Assembly: GCA_002104905.1 (NCBI GenBank)
Contig: MCFE01000021.1
Location: 124,001-188,000, forward strand
Direction: 5' to 3'
Source of the DNA: Basidiobolus meristosporus CBS 931.73
Taxonomy: Eukaryota; Fungi; Basidiobolomycota
Length of the DNA: 64,000 nt
Notes under the pieces: model-generated
Seen by the model: the letters and a program-made list of their open reading frames with translations, nothing else
What the model was told of the DNA's origin: nothing
Database searches by the model: none
Program-made: the position numbers and the translations under genes
Part shown: positions 47,344 to 60,703 of the stretch, piece by piece
Layout of the letters: every line of letters begins with the position of its first letter
Numbering within the stretch: position 1 is the first letter of the stretch

Positions 47344-50300
47344 TGTTCAAGTATTGAGCTATTTGGTATCATTCAGCAGCTAAAACTTACTTAACAATTC
47401 TGGACTAATCTTGGTCATTGTAGGACTAACCTATAGCTCTAACTTTGGCACTTTCTTCAGATCTATGATCCTATAATTATTTCCTTATAGTCACAATCAA
47501 ATTAGCACTCTTACCAAGCTTTGTGTACTAGCCCTGAAACTGTCACAGAATACTGCTAAGTGTTGAGAAGCTCTCCTTACTTAGTGTTACAGTTGTATTA
47601 CTTCTACAAGAGTGTAATGCTGCACTTCCTTATGAATAAACAACAGCTCAACAATTATCACTATTTTTTGATAAGTAACTGTTATCCAAATTGCCTAATA
47701 AGTTGCAACAGGTTAATAGTCCCAATTGCCTTAATATATTCAAAAGATGACTTCCACCGGCCATCAGAACAACACAAATATCCTCCCAGTAAAGGATATG
47801 TTTGATTGGAATACTACTGACTTTGGAGAATCAAGATGCAGATCCACCTTGGGGTGAGAAAGCTTTGCAATCTAGTACCAGGAAAAGAAGCTGAGCCCCA
47901 AGGAATAGCACAAGAAGTGGAATAATTTCAAAAGAAGGAGAAAAACACCTTCAATGCCATATGCAGCAATGTGTAAAATCCCTTCATTGGACAAATGTAT
48001 GCCTCAAACTGCAAAGCAGCATGGGAATTCTTGGAGAAGATATTTAGAGCAAAGTCAGTCTCAACCAAGATTTAGTTGAACAAAAGTTCTTCAACATGAG
48101 AAAGAAGCCAGATGATGACAACTACAATTTATTACCAGAATGGAGACACTTGCAGAAGAGCTTTACAGTATTAATGCTGGTGTAGATGATGAAGAAATGA
48201 TGCACTGTCTGCTTTGTGGCTTATTAGACAAGTATGAACCGCTCATATTTTCTTTTGAGAGCAGGGAACTCAATTTGACTTTAGACTATGTCAACAGAAC
48301 TAATGTACTCCATGTGCCTGGAAAAGCTAAGAACCAGCTCTCAGTTAGTAAAGCAACTACTTTGGGACTAAAATTTGTTTTGATAAGCTGAGCTGCTCAA
48401 TATTGAGTGACAATGGACAAAAATTAGCTTTGGGAATCAGAGATGACATTTATACTGGTTATAATGTAGGATTATTGTATCTGAATATGTTAATATTGCT
48501 ATAATTGATGAACCTAACTGGGATACATGGAATAGGAAGCTAAGACACATTGCAGAGCAGAAAATGAGCCAATTAGTGAAAAATTAACTTGTTTTAGGCC
48601 CTAATTACCCAAATCCAATAAAATTGAGTGTGTGTAAGGGATGTTCATATGGTAAACAAGCTAGGCAATGTTTCAGGAGCTCAGGATGCATCAAAACCAC
48701 CAAAATATTGGCTATTGTGCACTCAGACATATGTGGACCCATGAGAACACTGTCTTATGGAGCCAAGAGACACTTAATGATGGTAATTGATAGCAAGACA
48801 AGATATACATGGGTGTACCTACTCAAGACAAAGGATGAGGCTTTGAAGACATTTAAGCACTTCAAAAACATGGCAGATACACCAACTGGGCGTAAAATAA
48901 GAATACTTTGAGGAGACAATGGAGGGGAATACTGCTCAAAGGAGTTTGCAAAATACTGCACATCTATTGGTATACTTTGGCAGACCACTGTTCCACACAC
49001 TCCACAGCAGAATTGAGTAGCAGAATGTGCAAATAGAACAATATTAAAGATGGGAAGATCTATACTACATGATAAGGGAATGGACTATAAGTTTTGGGCT
49101 GATCTGTTACTACCATGGTATACCTCAATAATATATGCACAATAATAGCACTACATGACTCTACACCCTGTGAAGCATATACAGGCTGAAAACCAAACCC
49201 CCAGCACCTAAGGATCTTTGGCAGTGATGCTTTTCATGACATCCCTGACAAAAAAATGCTCAAAGCTGGAACCAAAGAGTAGAAAAGGGATCTCTCTTAG
49301 GTATTGTGAGGATAATAAAGGGTATAGAGTGTATGATGGCCAGATTCAGAAGCTAATCAAGAGCAGAGATGTTGTATTTGAGGAGAACTCAGATCAGAAT
49401 GCCACTGAAATCATTGGCTAGCTGCCTGATGATGCAATCAAAACAAATGAGGAAGATATTTACCTAACTCTCCAAGATATTAAAGATAATTTAGCAGTTC
49501 CAGATCAGAGCAGATTATCCCAGTTAGGATATCTACCACAAAAAGAAATGCCCCTGGATCCTGGTGGGAGACATCCAATGATCATGAAGAAGCTTGTCTT
49601 GCCTGATGTGCTTAACCTCTGAATGTGGAACAGGCAATGCAAAGTCCAGATGCTAAAATTGTTATGATCTTCCACATGAATGATTAAGTCAGATCAGTTT
49701 TTAGTCAAATCAATTAGTAATATGCTTAGCCTATTAGTATATCAATGATATCTATCAAATCAGTAGCATTAGTCAGCAAATGAATCATCAGATCCTTATC
49801 AGACAGAATTAGATATATTCAGTAGGATCTTATTGGGTGATGATGATGCAATCATATCAGTCATCAGCCACTACCAACCTTAAGAAATACAAATAGTCAG
49901 CAATTGATCTGGCAAAATGTATATAAGGAGCTGCTTGAACCTCAATAAAAATCAGTTCAAATTTTAGTGAATACAATACTAGCTAAATTCTCTATTTCTT
50001 TACAACTCTTATATCAGGACTTGTAGAATAATGTAGCAACAAGCCATGCTGGAGGAGTACCATTTACTAATCTGGGCAAAATTGTGGGAACTAGTGGACT
50101 TACCAAATGGTGGAAAGTCAATAGGATGTAGAAGGGTTTAAAAGATCAAGATAACCTCAAATAGTACCATTAATAAGTAAAAGGCTAGATTTGTGGCTAA
50201 AGGCTATTCCCAGATCCAGGGACTAGATTTTAAGGAAACACTTGCTCCAGTTGCCAAATTTAACTCCATTAGGACAGTTCTAGCCCTGGAAGCTATACAC

Positions 50301-51325
50301 AGTCTAGATCTACACCAAATGGACATCAAAACAGCCTTTTTAAATGTGGATCTGCAAGTAACTCTAAATATAAAGCAACCAGAGGGTTTTACCAATCCAA
50401 AAGGTCCTCATAAGGTGTGCAGACTTAGGAAGTTGCTTATGGGCTTAAGTCAGTGCCAAGAGCATGGTGTAACAAGATCAACATATATCTAGAGGAGATT
50501 GTGTTCATTTATAGCACTGCAGATCACAATATGTATGTGAGACAGCTCAAAAAGGGTGTGATAATCCTGGTCCTTTATGTGGACAACCTAATAATAGCCA
50601 CAAGTGACCAGGAGGTACTTAAACAGACAAAATCAGATCTCTTCAGCAAGTTTGAGGTGAAAGATTGTGGAAAATTGGGCTATTTTCTTGGGATTGGAGT
50701 CAAATTTGACATACCTAAGCAGGACATTGTGCTGAATCAGTCTAAGTACATCAGCAACATTCTTAGATGCTTTAAAATTGATTATTGCAAGCCTGCAGCT
50801 ACCCCAGGGACAATTCTTTATGCTGGTGCAGCTATTACTTGAAATTGCAAGCAACAACCAACTGTGGCCCTATCTACAACTGTAGCTGAGTTTATGGCTA
50901 CTTGTCAAGCAATTGAGGAGGCTCTATGGCTACAAAAATTACTCAAAAACTTGGGTGTTAATTCAGATGAGCCAGCATGTACTTACAAGGATAATCAAGG
51001 TTGTATTTCACCAGCTAGGAATCTTACTGATCATGCCAGAACTAAGCACATAGATATACAACACCACTTTGTAAGGGAAGCTGTAGAAAGTACCTTAGTA
51101 GAGTTAGTCTACTGCCTAATTGACAAGATGGTGGCAGTTATAATGACAAAACCACTGGCTGGGCCACAATTTGAGAGTTTCAGAAAAGAATTAGGATTAA
51201 AAAATTATTTGGTTGAGGGGAGTGTGTAAGTACTGGACTATTTGGTATCATTCAGCAGCTAAAAATCTACTTAATAATTCTGGACTAGTCCTGGTTGCAG
51301 TCAGACTAACCAACAGCCTCAATGT
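47344..51325 (+). mobile_element. Copia C1 copy b: 5' LTR 47344-47710, PBS 47711-47724, gag-IN-RT-RH with deletions, PPT 51212-51222, 3' LTR truncated after about 100 bp
   Basis: ORFs 48624-48911 (integrase), 50193-50842 (RT) and 50864-51229 (RH; HARTKHIDIQHHFVRE). Confidence 0.92.
49660..50028 (+). repeat. Solo LTR of family A in the C1b IN-RT linker; TSD AAAT/TAAT
   Basis: A-type LTR; flanks rebuild the frame AMQSPDAKMWQQAM. Confidence 0.88.
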
Positions 51326-52659
51326 TCTATTTGAAGCATCTAATAATGTCCCTGTAATACTTGGACTGACTGCACAAATATCCTGCATAGGCCTGCTCAA
51401 TTTGACTTCATTTCCAAGAAGAGAGCTCCTTTTCTCAAGATCTTTGATATCAGAATTGATGGAAAAGTCTGATTTGTTTGTTTAAGTGCCTTCTAGTCTC
51501 TTGTAGCTATTGTTAGGTAGTCTGTACAGAGTACCATAATAAGCATTCCCTTTTGAAGCTGCTCCAATTGTAAATTGTGATCTACAGTGCAGCAAAGGAA
51601 CCAAACTCATAAATATAAGTGTAAATGATGTAATACCATGCTCTAGGTGCCTACTTAAGCCAATAAGGTGTGCACACCATATGGGGGCCTTATAGATTGA
51701 CAAAACCTTCTGGTTACTGCTGTCAGATTTAACAACATCAGATAAAGCTTACTTACTTAAGTTATCTTGGGACATGGACAATTATTGTTATGAATCTTAA
51801 AAAGATACCATCTAGTAGTGAGATTTAAATGTTTAATCCAAAAAAATGTTACATTTAAAAAATCAATGTGGATATATATGCATGAATGATGGAACCTGGA
51901 ACACCAATAGAAATCATATCTCCTTCTGGAAGAACCCCATTCAAGAATGTTGTTTTGAAGTCCACTTGGTGCAGATCTAGAATCTTTACAGCTTCCAGCG
52001 CTGGAACTCTCCTAATGGTGTTAAATTTGGCTACCAAAGCAAATATTTTCTTGAAGTCTAGTTTGTGGATCTGGGAATAGCCTTGGGCATCTAGACTTTG
52101 CATTGCCTGATTCAGATTCTGAGATCTAGCACATATGGTATGAGAAGCTTCTTCATGGTCATTGGATGCCTGCCACCAAGATCCAAGGGCATTCTTATTC
52201 TAGTAGATCTCCTTACTGGGATATTCTGTACTGATCTGAAACTAGTATACTTTGATTCTGCATTTGGCTGCATTAGATATGAATCTTGCTCAGTTGCAGT
52301 GGTTGCATTGTCAAACAGTCAGCCAATGATCTTAGTTGCTTACGGATCTAAGCTCTTCACAGATACAATAGACTTGTTCCATTGTACTGTGCCCAGGCAC
52401 GCGGTGCAATCCGCAGTCTTTAAGAGCAATTGGGTGCAATATTGTAGCTACCAGTAGGCAGGATTGCTCTTGGACAATTTTGTACCATGTGGGATGATCT
52501 TGCACACTATGGCACACTCTGACACAATGAGGTTGGCACAAATGATTGTGCCCACTTGTAATGTTTGCACCATGTACGCAATTGGATACCGCTATTATGG
52601 TAGGTAAAATCCAGTATCTGGATATGTTTCTTTAATGTAAATGGAAATAAATGCGTATC

Positions 52660-54641
52660 ACACTATAAACTACACCGATACTTACCATTTTAGTTACAAT
52701 CACTCCAATTGGATGGTATCTCAGTGGTTAATTGGTCCAAAAGTATTTCAAAGCTTTCAGCCCCCAATTGGCTCTTTGACCATACACAAGCTACCTGATT
52801 TGCCATCAAATATCCCATTTTGCCCATTAAGCAAGTAAATCCCTGATCCTGGTGATTGGATAAGGTGTCATAGCTAGCACACAACCAATTGTATGGGTGC
52901 AAATCAGATCAAATGGCTGCACTGGTGCCACAGATGATGTATACATATGCAGGGTGTTTATTTATAGGGGTCCTGTCTCAAATGTGAGACAACCTTAATA
53001 TTGTTTATATCAAAAACTTAGTGATCACTGATTTGAGATGGCTTGATGCAGATTGCAAAAAAGAAATGCGTTGTTTAAATCATTACAAATAATAGCAATT
53101 CAATGCAAAGGCATCATCTTCTCCTAGGCGTTTTTCTCATAGGGATTACTACTGAAGCATTTAGTAGTGATTCACTTTGCACACCTAAACTACTTCCTTG
53201 TTGACTATCCTCTTGGCTACTTGTGTATTTGTAGTCTGTATTTTGCCTCCTAGTTGATGAGTGCAATGCTGCAACTTGGCCATGCTGAATTGTTCCATAT
53301 GATCCAACTGAGCCAGCCTGCAGTGCTATGTGCTGATGCGCTCTTTTACTTGCCATAGGCTCTGGTGGTGGAGGCACTTCATGTGGGTCATCATCCGTCA
53401 GTTCACCAGAAGAAACTTGCAGATGGTCAGGTGTAATGGCATGCGCAGATGCAACTCAATGCGCTGGAACAACCCTTGGCCGAGTTTGATGTGATGCCAC
53501 TTGTTGACATGACTTGGCCTGCTCCAATGGACTTGTGTCTTTTTGAGCAGTTTGGCGGGTTTTGGCAGTTTTGCTCTGAAGCGCATGCATTGACTCAATA
53601 TGCATTGAGTCAATGCAGGGCGCTCTTGCAAAGGGTGCTAGCATAGTTTGGGCCAATGTGTGCTGGCGTGCTGAAGTTGCAAGGGATGGTAAGGAATCCA
53701 GCAAGGTGTGCTGGCGCAATCTAGACAATGTTGCCTGCAGTCTGTATTCTTCCTCTTGAATCTCACCTTCTGATTCCTCAAGGTATTCACTTACTCTCTG
53801 TCTAATACTTTGCAACTGTTGCCTGGATGAGTCCTGTGTATATTCTCTTGGAAGCCACTTAGCTCTACTAATATGTCATGTAATACATCAGTCATTTGAG
53901 GCAAAAACTCATTCAAAATCTCTTTGGTTCCCTAAATCAAGGCAAAACAGATGTGTCTGTCCCATACTGTGCAAATTGCATGCAAAATTGTTCCTGCGTG
54001 GCTTCCTCATCAAATCCCCTCACGCTCAGCTTATTCTTGATTTCAATACTTGTCTTGTTATATATCTTCTTACATACATCTGCTGGCATCTTGATGTAGA
54101 ACTCATGCCACAGCTTTCTACTCAGGTTCTTCCATCTCTGTCAACTCTCCAAGGTATCTAGTTGTGCTAGATTAATGAGTAGTGCCCATATATCTGTATG
54201 AAGGCTCATCATAGACACTTGGGCCAGACTGAAATCATTTGGCAAGAACTCAAACAGATCTAACATTGCCTTTTGCAGTCTGGACCACGTTTGTGAGCTG
54301 GGGGATGGGTTTTGTCTGGGTTGAACTAAAGATGAGTTGAGACATGGTATAGGGACCATGGTGACAGATTTGGATACTTATACAGTGGTGTATTGGCATC
54401 AACCTGGTCTTATATGAAATATATATGAAAACAATGTGATTGTTGAATTTTCCATATATTATGCATGATGCATCTTGGATTGCATTGACATGGATCAAAT
54501 CACATCAATCTCAAATCTCCTATTTGATTAAAGACTTGTGAGTAAAACATCAATAAAAATACCCAGTCATAGTTTGAGGATGACTTTTGCAACACAATGA
54601 TGGGACACATGGCAATTGACGGAGATTTAATCATAATGCAT
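52660..54641 (-). pseudogene. Accessory gene (ORF2) of P1, unknown function; 3' end approximate
   Basis: ATG at 54641-54639; ORF pieces 54141-54359, 53456-53815, 53114-53377 and 52690-52902 are homologous to P2 ORF2. Confidence 0.65.
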
Positions 54642-54716
54642 GGAAAATCACATAAATAAAGCTGATTGCGCCAAATTGAATCAAATCATATCAGCACAAT
54701 CCTCACCAATTTTAAT

Positions 54717-55601
54717 ATGACTTACTCATCTGAATGGTGTTTTCTTATCAATCCCATCACTACCACCGGTTTTCCTTTTGACAAACCAGAGGAGATCTAT
54801 ACCAAGTACTGTGGTCCATCTACCCCAATCTACTCAAGGAGATCCCATGTTAAGCTTCTCTGCTATCACAAAAACTATTGCCTTGCAAGGTTTCATCCCA
54901 CCATCCATGGCAACAAAAGTCCTAGAAGTTTTCATTCTCAGCTGACAGCAATGGAGAACCACCTTGCTGAGGGTATGAATGACTTGGAGCAAGCTTGGAT
55001 TACTAGGTTTAGAAGCTCCAATAGACTTTGATATCCCAGAGTGTTCAGCAACAGGTTCCATATAAAGAGTATTTTGGATACCTTCCCAGTCAGGATTAAC
55101 AGACCTTCTAGAGGGTAGAGGCACTTTTATTCTGGCAAGTACAAGGCACACTGTGTGAAGCTTCAAGCACTGTCTGACATTAAGGGTAGCATCATCTGGT
55201 TTAGTGGGCCATTTACTGGAAGTAGGCATGACAAAGCACTCTGGGTAGAGAATCATTCAGAATACAGTAGAGGGGAGAAATGTATGGCAGACTTAGCTTA
55301 TATAGGAGAGGATTGTCAGAGATTAGGATGTATTACAGCTTATAGGAAGCCAAGGAATGGTGTGCTTAGCAGGAAGCAGGAGCTCTACAATGAGATATAT
55401 AATCATTTCAGAGTGATGGTAGAGCATACATTTGGATATCTGAAGAGATTCAGCATATTGGCAGGTAAATACAGAGGAAAGTCATATATAGGAGTGCACA
55501 GCAGAATAAGTAAAATAGTTAAGATACTTATCAATGCACAGTATATTCATACAAGAAGACATCCACTGAGAGAGATGTGTTTGGAGCATTATGTAGAGTA
55601 A
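54717..55601 (+). pseudogene. DDE transposase of P1 (about 294 codons, two premature stops, no frameshift)
   Basis: One frame from MTYSSEWCF to HYVE*; candidate catalytic D (ILDTFP), D (ADLAY) and E (VEHTFG); stops at 55029 (TGA) and about 55113 (TAG). Confidence 0.92.
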
Positions 55602-55911
55602 ATAAAGCAAGGAAAGCACTACTCTGAGCAACATAAGTAGAATCAAGTAAAATTACCAGTAACTATAACCTATCACTGGCATGATGGTAAAAATTATAGT
55701 GCCAGATAGTGCCAGATCAATCCGGCACCATAAACAGGCTTGCACTATGTGGCACTATCTAATGGAGCAAGTCTAATGTCTCTGCTCTTGATCAGCTTCT
55801 CAATTTTGCCATCACATAATCTGTACCCTTTAGTATCTTTACATTAGCCATGAAAGATCCCTTTTCTACTTTTTGGTTCCAACTTTGAGTGTTTTTTGTC
55901 AGAGATATGAT

Positions 55912-56280
55912 AATTACAAGTCTTGATGTAAGAGTTGTAAAGGAATTGGGAGTTTAGCTAGTATTGAATACACCTACATTTGAACTGATCTGTCTTGAGG
56001 TTCCAGCAGCTACTTATTTACATTTTGCAAAATCAAATGCAGACCAATTGTATTTCCTGATGTAGGTTGCATCTGATGACTCATTTAGTGGCATCATTTC
56101 CACCTAATCCTATCTTACTGAGTATATCTATTTGCTTATGACAAGGATCTACTAATTCATCTGCTGACTAGCACTACTGATATGATAGATAAAATTAATA
56201 TACTGCTAGGCTAAACATGAAATTAATTGATTAGACTAAAAGCTGGTCTAATTTGGACACTCAGGCATTAGATCATAACA
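55912..56280 (-). repeat. Solo LTR of family A in the C1c integrase; TSD TGAT/CAAT
   Basis: Reverse complement of the A LTR, ending GATCATAACA on plus; flanks rejoin the C1 integrase. Confidence 0.9.
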
Positions 56281-57530
56281 CAATAGAAAGCATTACTACC
56301 AAAGATGCTAATATGCTGAAGGGCTTATGTTTTGCCTGTATATGCATTAAAGGGTGTAGAGTCCTGTAGTTCTGTTGTAGGGCATCTATTTCTGATGCAT
56401 ACTGTGGTAGCAACAGATTCAGCAATAAACCTGTGGTCCATTCCCTTATCATGTAGTATACATCTTCCCTATTTGCTATTGTCTTATTTGCATGTTCTGC
56501 CCTTCCATTTTGCTGTGGAGTCTATTTGGCATTGCTCTGTTAAAGTATTTCCAGCAGTTGAGTAATTCTTTGCAAACTCCATAGAGCAGTATTATCCTGC
56601 ATTGTCACTTCAAAGAACCTTCAACCTACACCCAGTTTTTGCTTGTGCCATGTTCTTGAAGTGCTTGAGCATATCTAAAGCATCATCCTCTGTCTTTAGG
56701 AAGTACACCCATGTATAATTTATCTTGTCATCAATAAACATCATATAATATCTCTTGGCTCCAAAGAACAGGGTTCCAATAGGCCCACATATATATGAGT
56801 ATTTGATAGCCAGTATTTTGGTGGCATGAATGCCCCCTGAGCTTCTAAAACATTGCCTAGTTGGTGTGCTATAGGAGCATCCCTATAGACATTCAAATTG
56901 ATTGGTATTGAATAATTGAATCCCAAAACAGGTTGATTTTTCACCAGTTAGGTCATTTTCTGCTCCTTCATGTGTACTAGCCTTCTATGCCAAGTTTCTA
57001 AGCTAGTTTGATCAGCTTCAGCAATGTTGACATACTCAGGCACAATGATTTTGCATTTTAACTTGCATATAATGTGGTCCCTGAACCCCAAGGCTCTTCA
57101 TGGAGCAGTCCTCCTTATACATACTCTAAAGTCAGATTATCTTCTCTGCTTTCAGAAGAAAGTATCAGTGGCTCTTACTTGTCTGGTCAGCTCCACAGCA
57201 ATAAGAGTATCCTTTCTTCATCATCTACACCAGCATTAATACTGTAAAGTTCTTCTGCAAGTGTCTCCATTCTGGTAATGAATTGTAGTTGTCATCATCT
57301 GGCTTCTTCCTCATGTTGAAGAACTTCTGTTCAAATAAATCTTGATTGAGACTGACTTTGCTTCAAGGATCTTCTCCAAGGATTCCCATGCTGCTTTGGC
57401 AGTTTTGAAGCATTCATTTGTCCAATGAAGGAATTTTGCACATTGATGCTTTTGGCATTGAATGCCTTTCTCTCCTTCTCTTGAAATTTCACCACTTCTT
57501 CTGCTGTACCTTTGGGCTCCAACTATCAAG

Positions 57531-60500
57531 TGTGGAAAGTGAAGACAAAGATGCTGCTACAAGAAAGAGGTCTTTGAGATATTGTCATGGGAGATGAATG
57601 CCCTCCTAAAAATATGGGAGAGGAAGCCTTAAAATACCAGAAGAAGGAACAAAGTGCCTTTAACTGCATTTGCCTTAATGTTAAAGACAAACTGCTAATT
57701 CAATGCTCAAGAGTAAAAACAACAAAGAATGCCTGGAAGGCATTAGATGACACCTACCAGGCATGTTCAGCTGCTAAAAAAGTGTTTCTGAGACAAAAAT
57801 TCTTTACTACAAAGATGCTGCCAGGAGAAGAAATGAAAAATCTAATAAACAGAATTACACTGCTGGTGGATGAAATGGAATCTGTGGGTGTACCAACTAC
57901 TGATGAGCATGTGATAATTATCATCCTAGATAGCTTGACAAACAAGTTTCAGGGCCTTGTATCAGCCCCAGAGTCTGAACCTGAAGATTTGACCTTCAAT
58001 TATGTAAATGGAAGGCTTGTGGATGAAGAATTAAGAAAATCAAGTGCCAATAAGAAGGAAGAAGAAAATGCTTTAATAAGCAATGATAACCAATAAAAGA
58101 GGTACCCTAGACCTTACAAAGGCAACAGCAACCTGTTTTCCAACTACTGCAAAAGGAAAGGGTAAACTTCAAACTTGTGCTTCAAAAAGAGAGATAGTCA
58201 GCAGAAAAAGTCTGAATATGGAAATGCTGCTACAACTGAAGATAGACTATTCATATTTGCACTAGATATGACTCCAAACAAGGATTCTCAGACATGGTAT
58301 ATTGATTCTGGAGCATCTTAACACTCTACACACCAAAAAGAACTTTTTACCCAATATCAAGTAGTTCCAATTAAGAAGGTTTTCATGGGTGATAATAGAA
58401 CACCTGATGCAGTGGGAGAAGGAACTATCCAAGTAAGCCTCAGAAGCAGTGAAGGAAGCCATACACTGACTTTTAAGGAAGTACTCTATGTGTCAGAAAT
58501 AGCCAAGAACCTACTATATGTAAGCAAGGCTACTGCAGAAGGACTCAGTTTCAACTTTAACAATTCTGCATGCAATATCAGTCATCAAAATGGCGCTCAT
58601 GTTGCTTTGGGTATCAGAGATCAGAATCTAGACAAGTTGACTTATTTTCCATCATATTTGGAAGCCAATATAAGTAATTTTAATGAAGAAACACTGATGC
58701 TTTGGCACAGGAGATTTGGGCACATCAATTTTGATTATTTGCACAAAATGATCAAATATCAGTTAATATCTGGAGTAAAAGTTGATCCACCAGCAAATTT
58801 GGAGCAATGTGAAGCCTGCATATATGGGAAACACGCCACAAAACTGTTCAAGGGCTCTGGGTTAATCAAAACTAAAAAAAATTTGATCTAATTCACTCAG
58901 ATCTGTGTGGACCTATGCAAAATTCATCCTCAGGCAGGATGAGGTATTTAATCACTTTTATTGATGATTATACAAGATACTTGATGGTTTACTTCATGGA
59001 GTGAAAGGAAGACGCTCTGTCTAAGCTCAGGGAGCTCAAAGCCATGATGGAGAAAGAAACCGGTGAAAAAATCAAGAAAATACACTCTGACAATGGTGGA
59101 GAATATACCTCAAAACTCTTCATCTACCTCTGCAAAATTCATGGGATAAAGCAGGAGACTACTGTACTATACTCCCCACAGCACAATGAAGTAGTAGAAT
59201 GTGCTAACAGATCAATAGTAGATATGGCCAGATCTATGATCCATGATCAAAAATTATCCTATGATTCTTGAGCAGAATCAGTTGTTACTGTTGTATACCT
59301 TAAATGTAGGAGTTACAACAGAATACTTTGTGATTCTACTCCATTTGAAGCATATTATGGGTACAGACCAGGTGCAGAACATCTAAGATTATTTGGGTGT
59401 ACAACATATGCCAAAAAACTGCCTGGAAATCAGTCAAAATATGAGCCAAAAAGTGTAAAATGCATATTATTGGGTTACTGCAATGAGAGTAAAGTGTACA
59501 GACTCTACAATACCAAAGCAAAGAAGCTAATCAAGTCTGAGGATGTGTTGTTTGATGAAAATTCAAAATTTCCACAAAAAATGACATCAGAAGATGACAA
59601 AAATCTGATCTCAAGTCCATCAATTGTCAGGATTGAATCAGAGCAAAACAATGAGATTTTTTTCACTCCAGATGACTCTGCAACTATGATGCAGCCTGAA
59701 GCAGTGCCCAGGAATATCCCAGAAATGATCATTCCAGTATCATATGCCCAGAGATCCAATCAAACAAGAAATAGCCTAAATTACTATATCAATGAGGGAC
59801 AGACTTAGCCTATGCCTATTCAGTCAATATAGATGAACCCTGGACTGTAAAAGAGGCCCTAAATAGCCCTCAGACAAAGTTTTGGAGATCTGCAATGACC
59901 GAGGAATATCAGGTCCCAATGGAAAATCAAACTTGGGACTCAGTCAAATTAACAATCAACCAAAAATCAATTGGATGCAGATGGGTCTTCAAGACAAAAT
60001 ACAAGGCTGATGGTACAATTGAGAGATGCAAAGCAAGACTTGTGGCCAAAGGATACTCCAAAACAAAGGCTCTTGACTATACTAAAACCTTGGCACTGGT
60101 AGCCAAGTTTAATTCCATCAGATTAATATTAGCTATTGCAGCCAAATATGAGTTTTTATTCATCAAATGGTTGTAAAAGCTGCATTTTTGAATGGAGAAC
60201 TTGATGAGGACATGTATATAGACCAGCATGATGGATTTGCTGACCAAGATAGCTCCCATTTGGTCTGGAAGCTTAAAAAATCACTATATGGTCTCAAACA
60301 ATCACCAAGAGCCTGGAATTGCAAGATAGATATTTATATGGAATCTTTGAGTTTCAAAAGGAGTAAAGCTGACAATAGTATATACTGTAAGCCACATAGA
60401 GTAGATCCAGCTCTATTAGCTCTATATGTGAATGATCTTATTATAGCCACCAATAATGTAGCAACATTGGAAGAGACTAAATCCAGCCTATCTAAGGAGT

Positions 60501-60703
60501 TCAAGATATCCAATCTAGGAGAACTCAGTTACTACTTAGGGATTAAGTTCTCCATAGACAGAAGTACCCAGACTATCACCCTAAGCAAATCCAAATATAT
60601 CCAAGATATATTAAAGAAGTACAAAATGGAAGACTATAGCTCAGCAGCTACCCCAATGGAGACAAACCTTAACTTGGTCAAAACTCAACCTAATCAAGAG
60701 AGC
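57531..60703 (+). mobile_element. Copia C2 copy c: gag, protease, integrase, RT; both LTRs lost
   Basis: ORFs 57587-58096 (gag), WYIDSGAS about 58295, 58385-58891, 59044-59271 (HSDNGGEY) and 59895-60799 (RT). Confidence 0.93.

Larger units (their letters stand above)
52370..55774. mobile_element. Complete PHIS-type DNA transposon P1 (3405 bp), AAT TSD
   Basis: TIR AGACTTGTTCCATT / AATGGAGCAAGTCT; AAT at 52367-52369 and 55775-55777; flanks rejoin the C1 integrase (compare 21660-21700). Confidence 0.95.
46383..57530 (-). mobile_element. Copia C1 copy c: 3' LTR 46383-47101, RH to 47343, RT-IN-gag about 51330-57530; 5' LTR lost; hosts C2 solo LTR, C1b, P1 and an A solo LTR
   Basis: PPT at 47102-47112; C1 RT (AQGYSQIHKLDFK...HQVDFKTTFLNG), integrase about 55780-57040 and gag about 57200-57530 on the minus strand. 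Confidence 0.85.
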
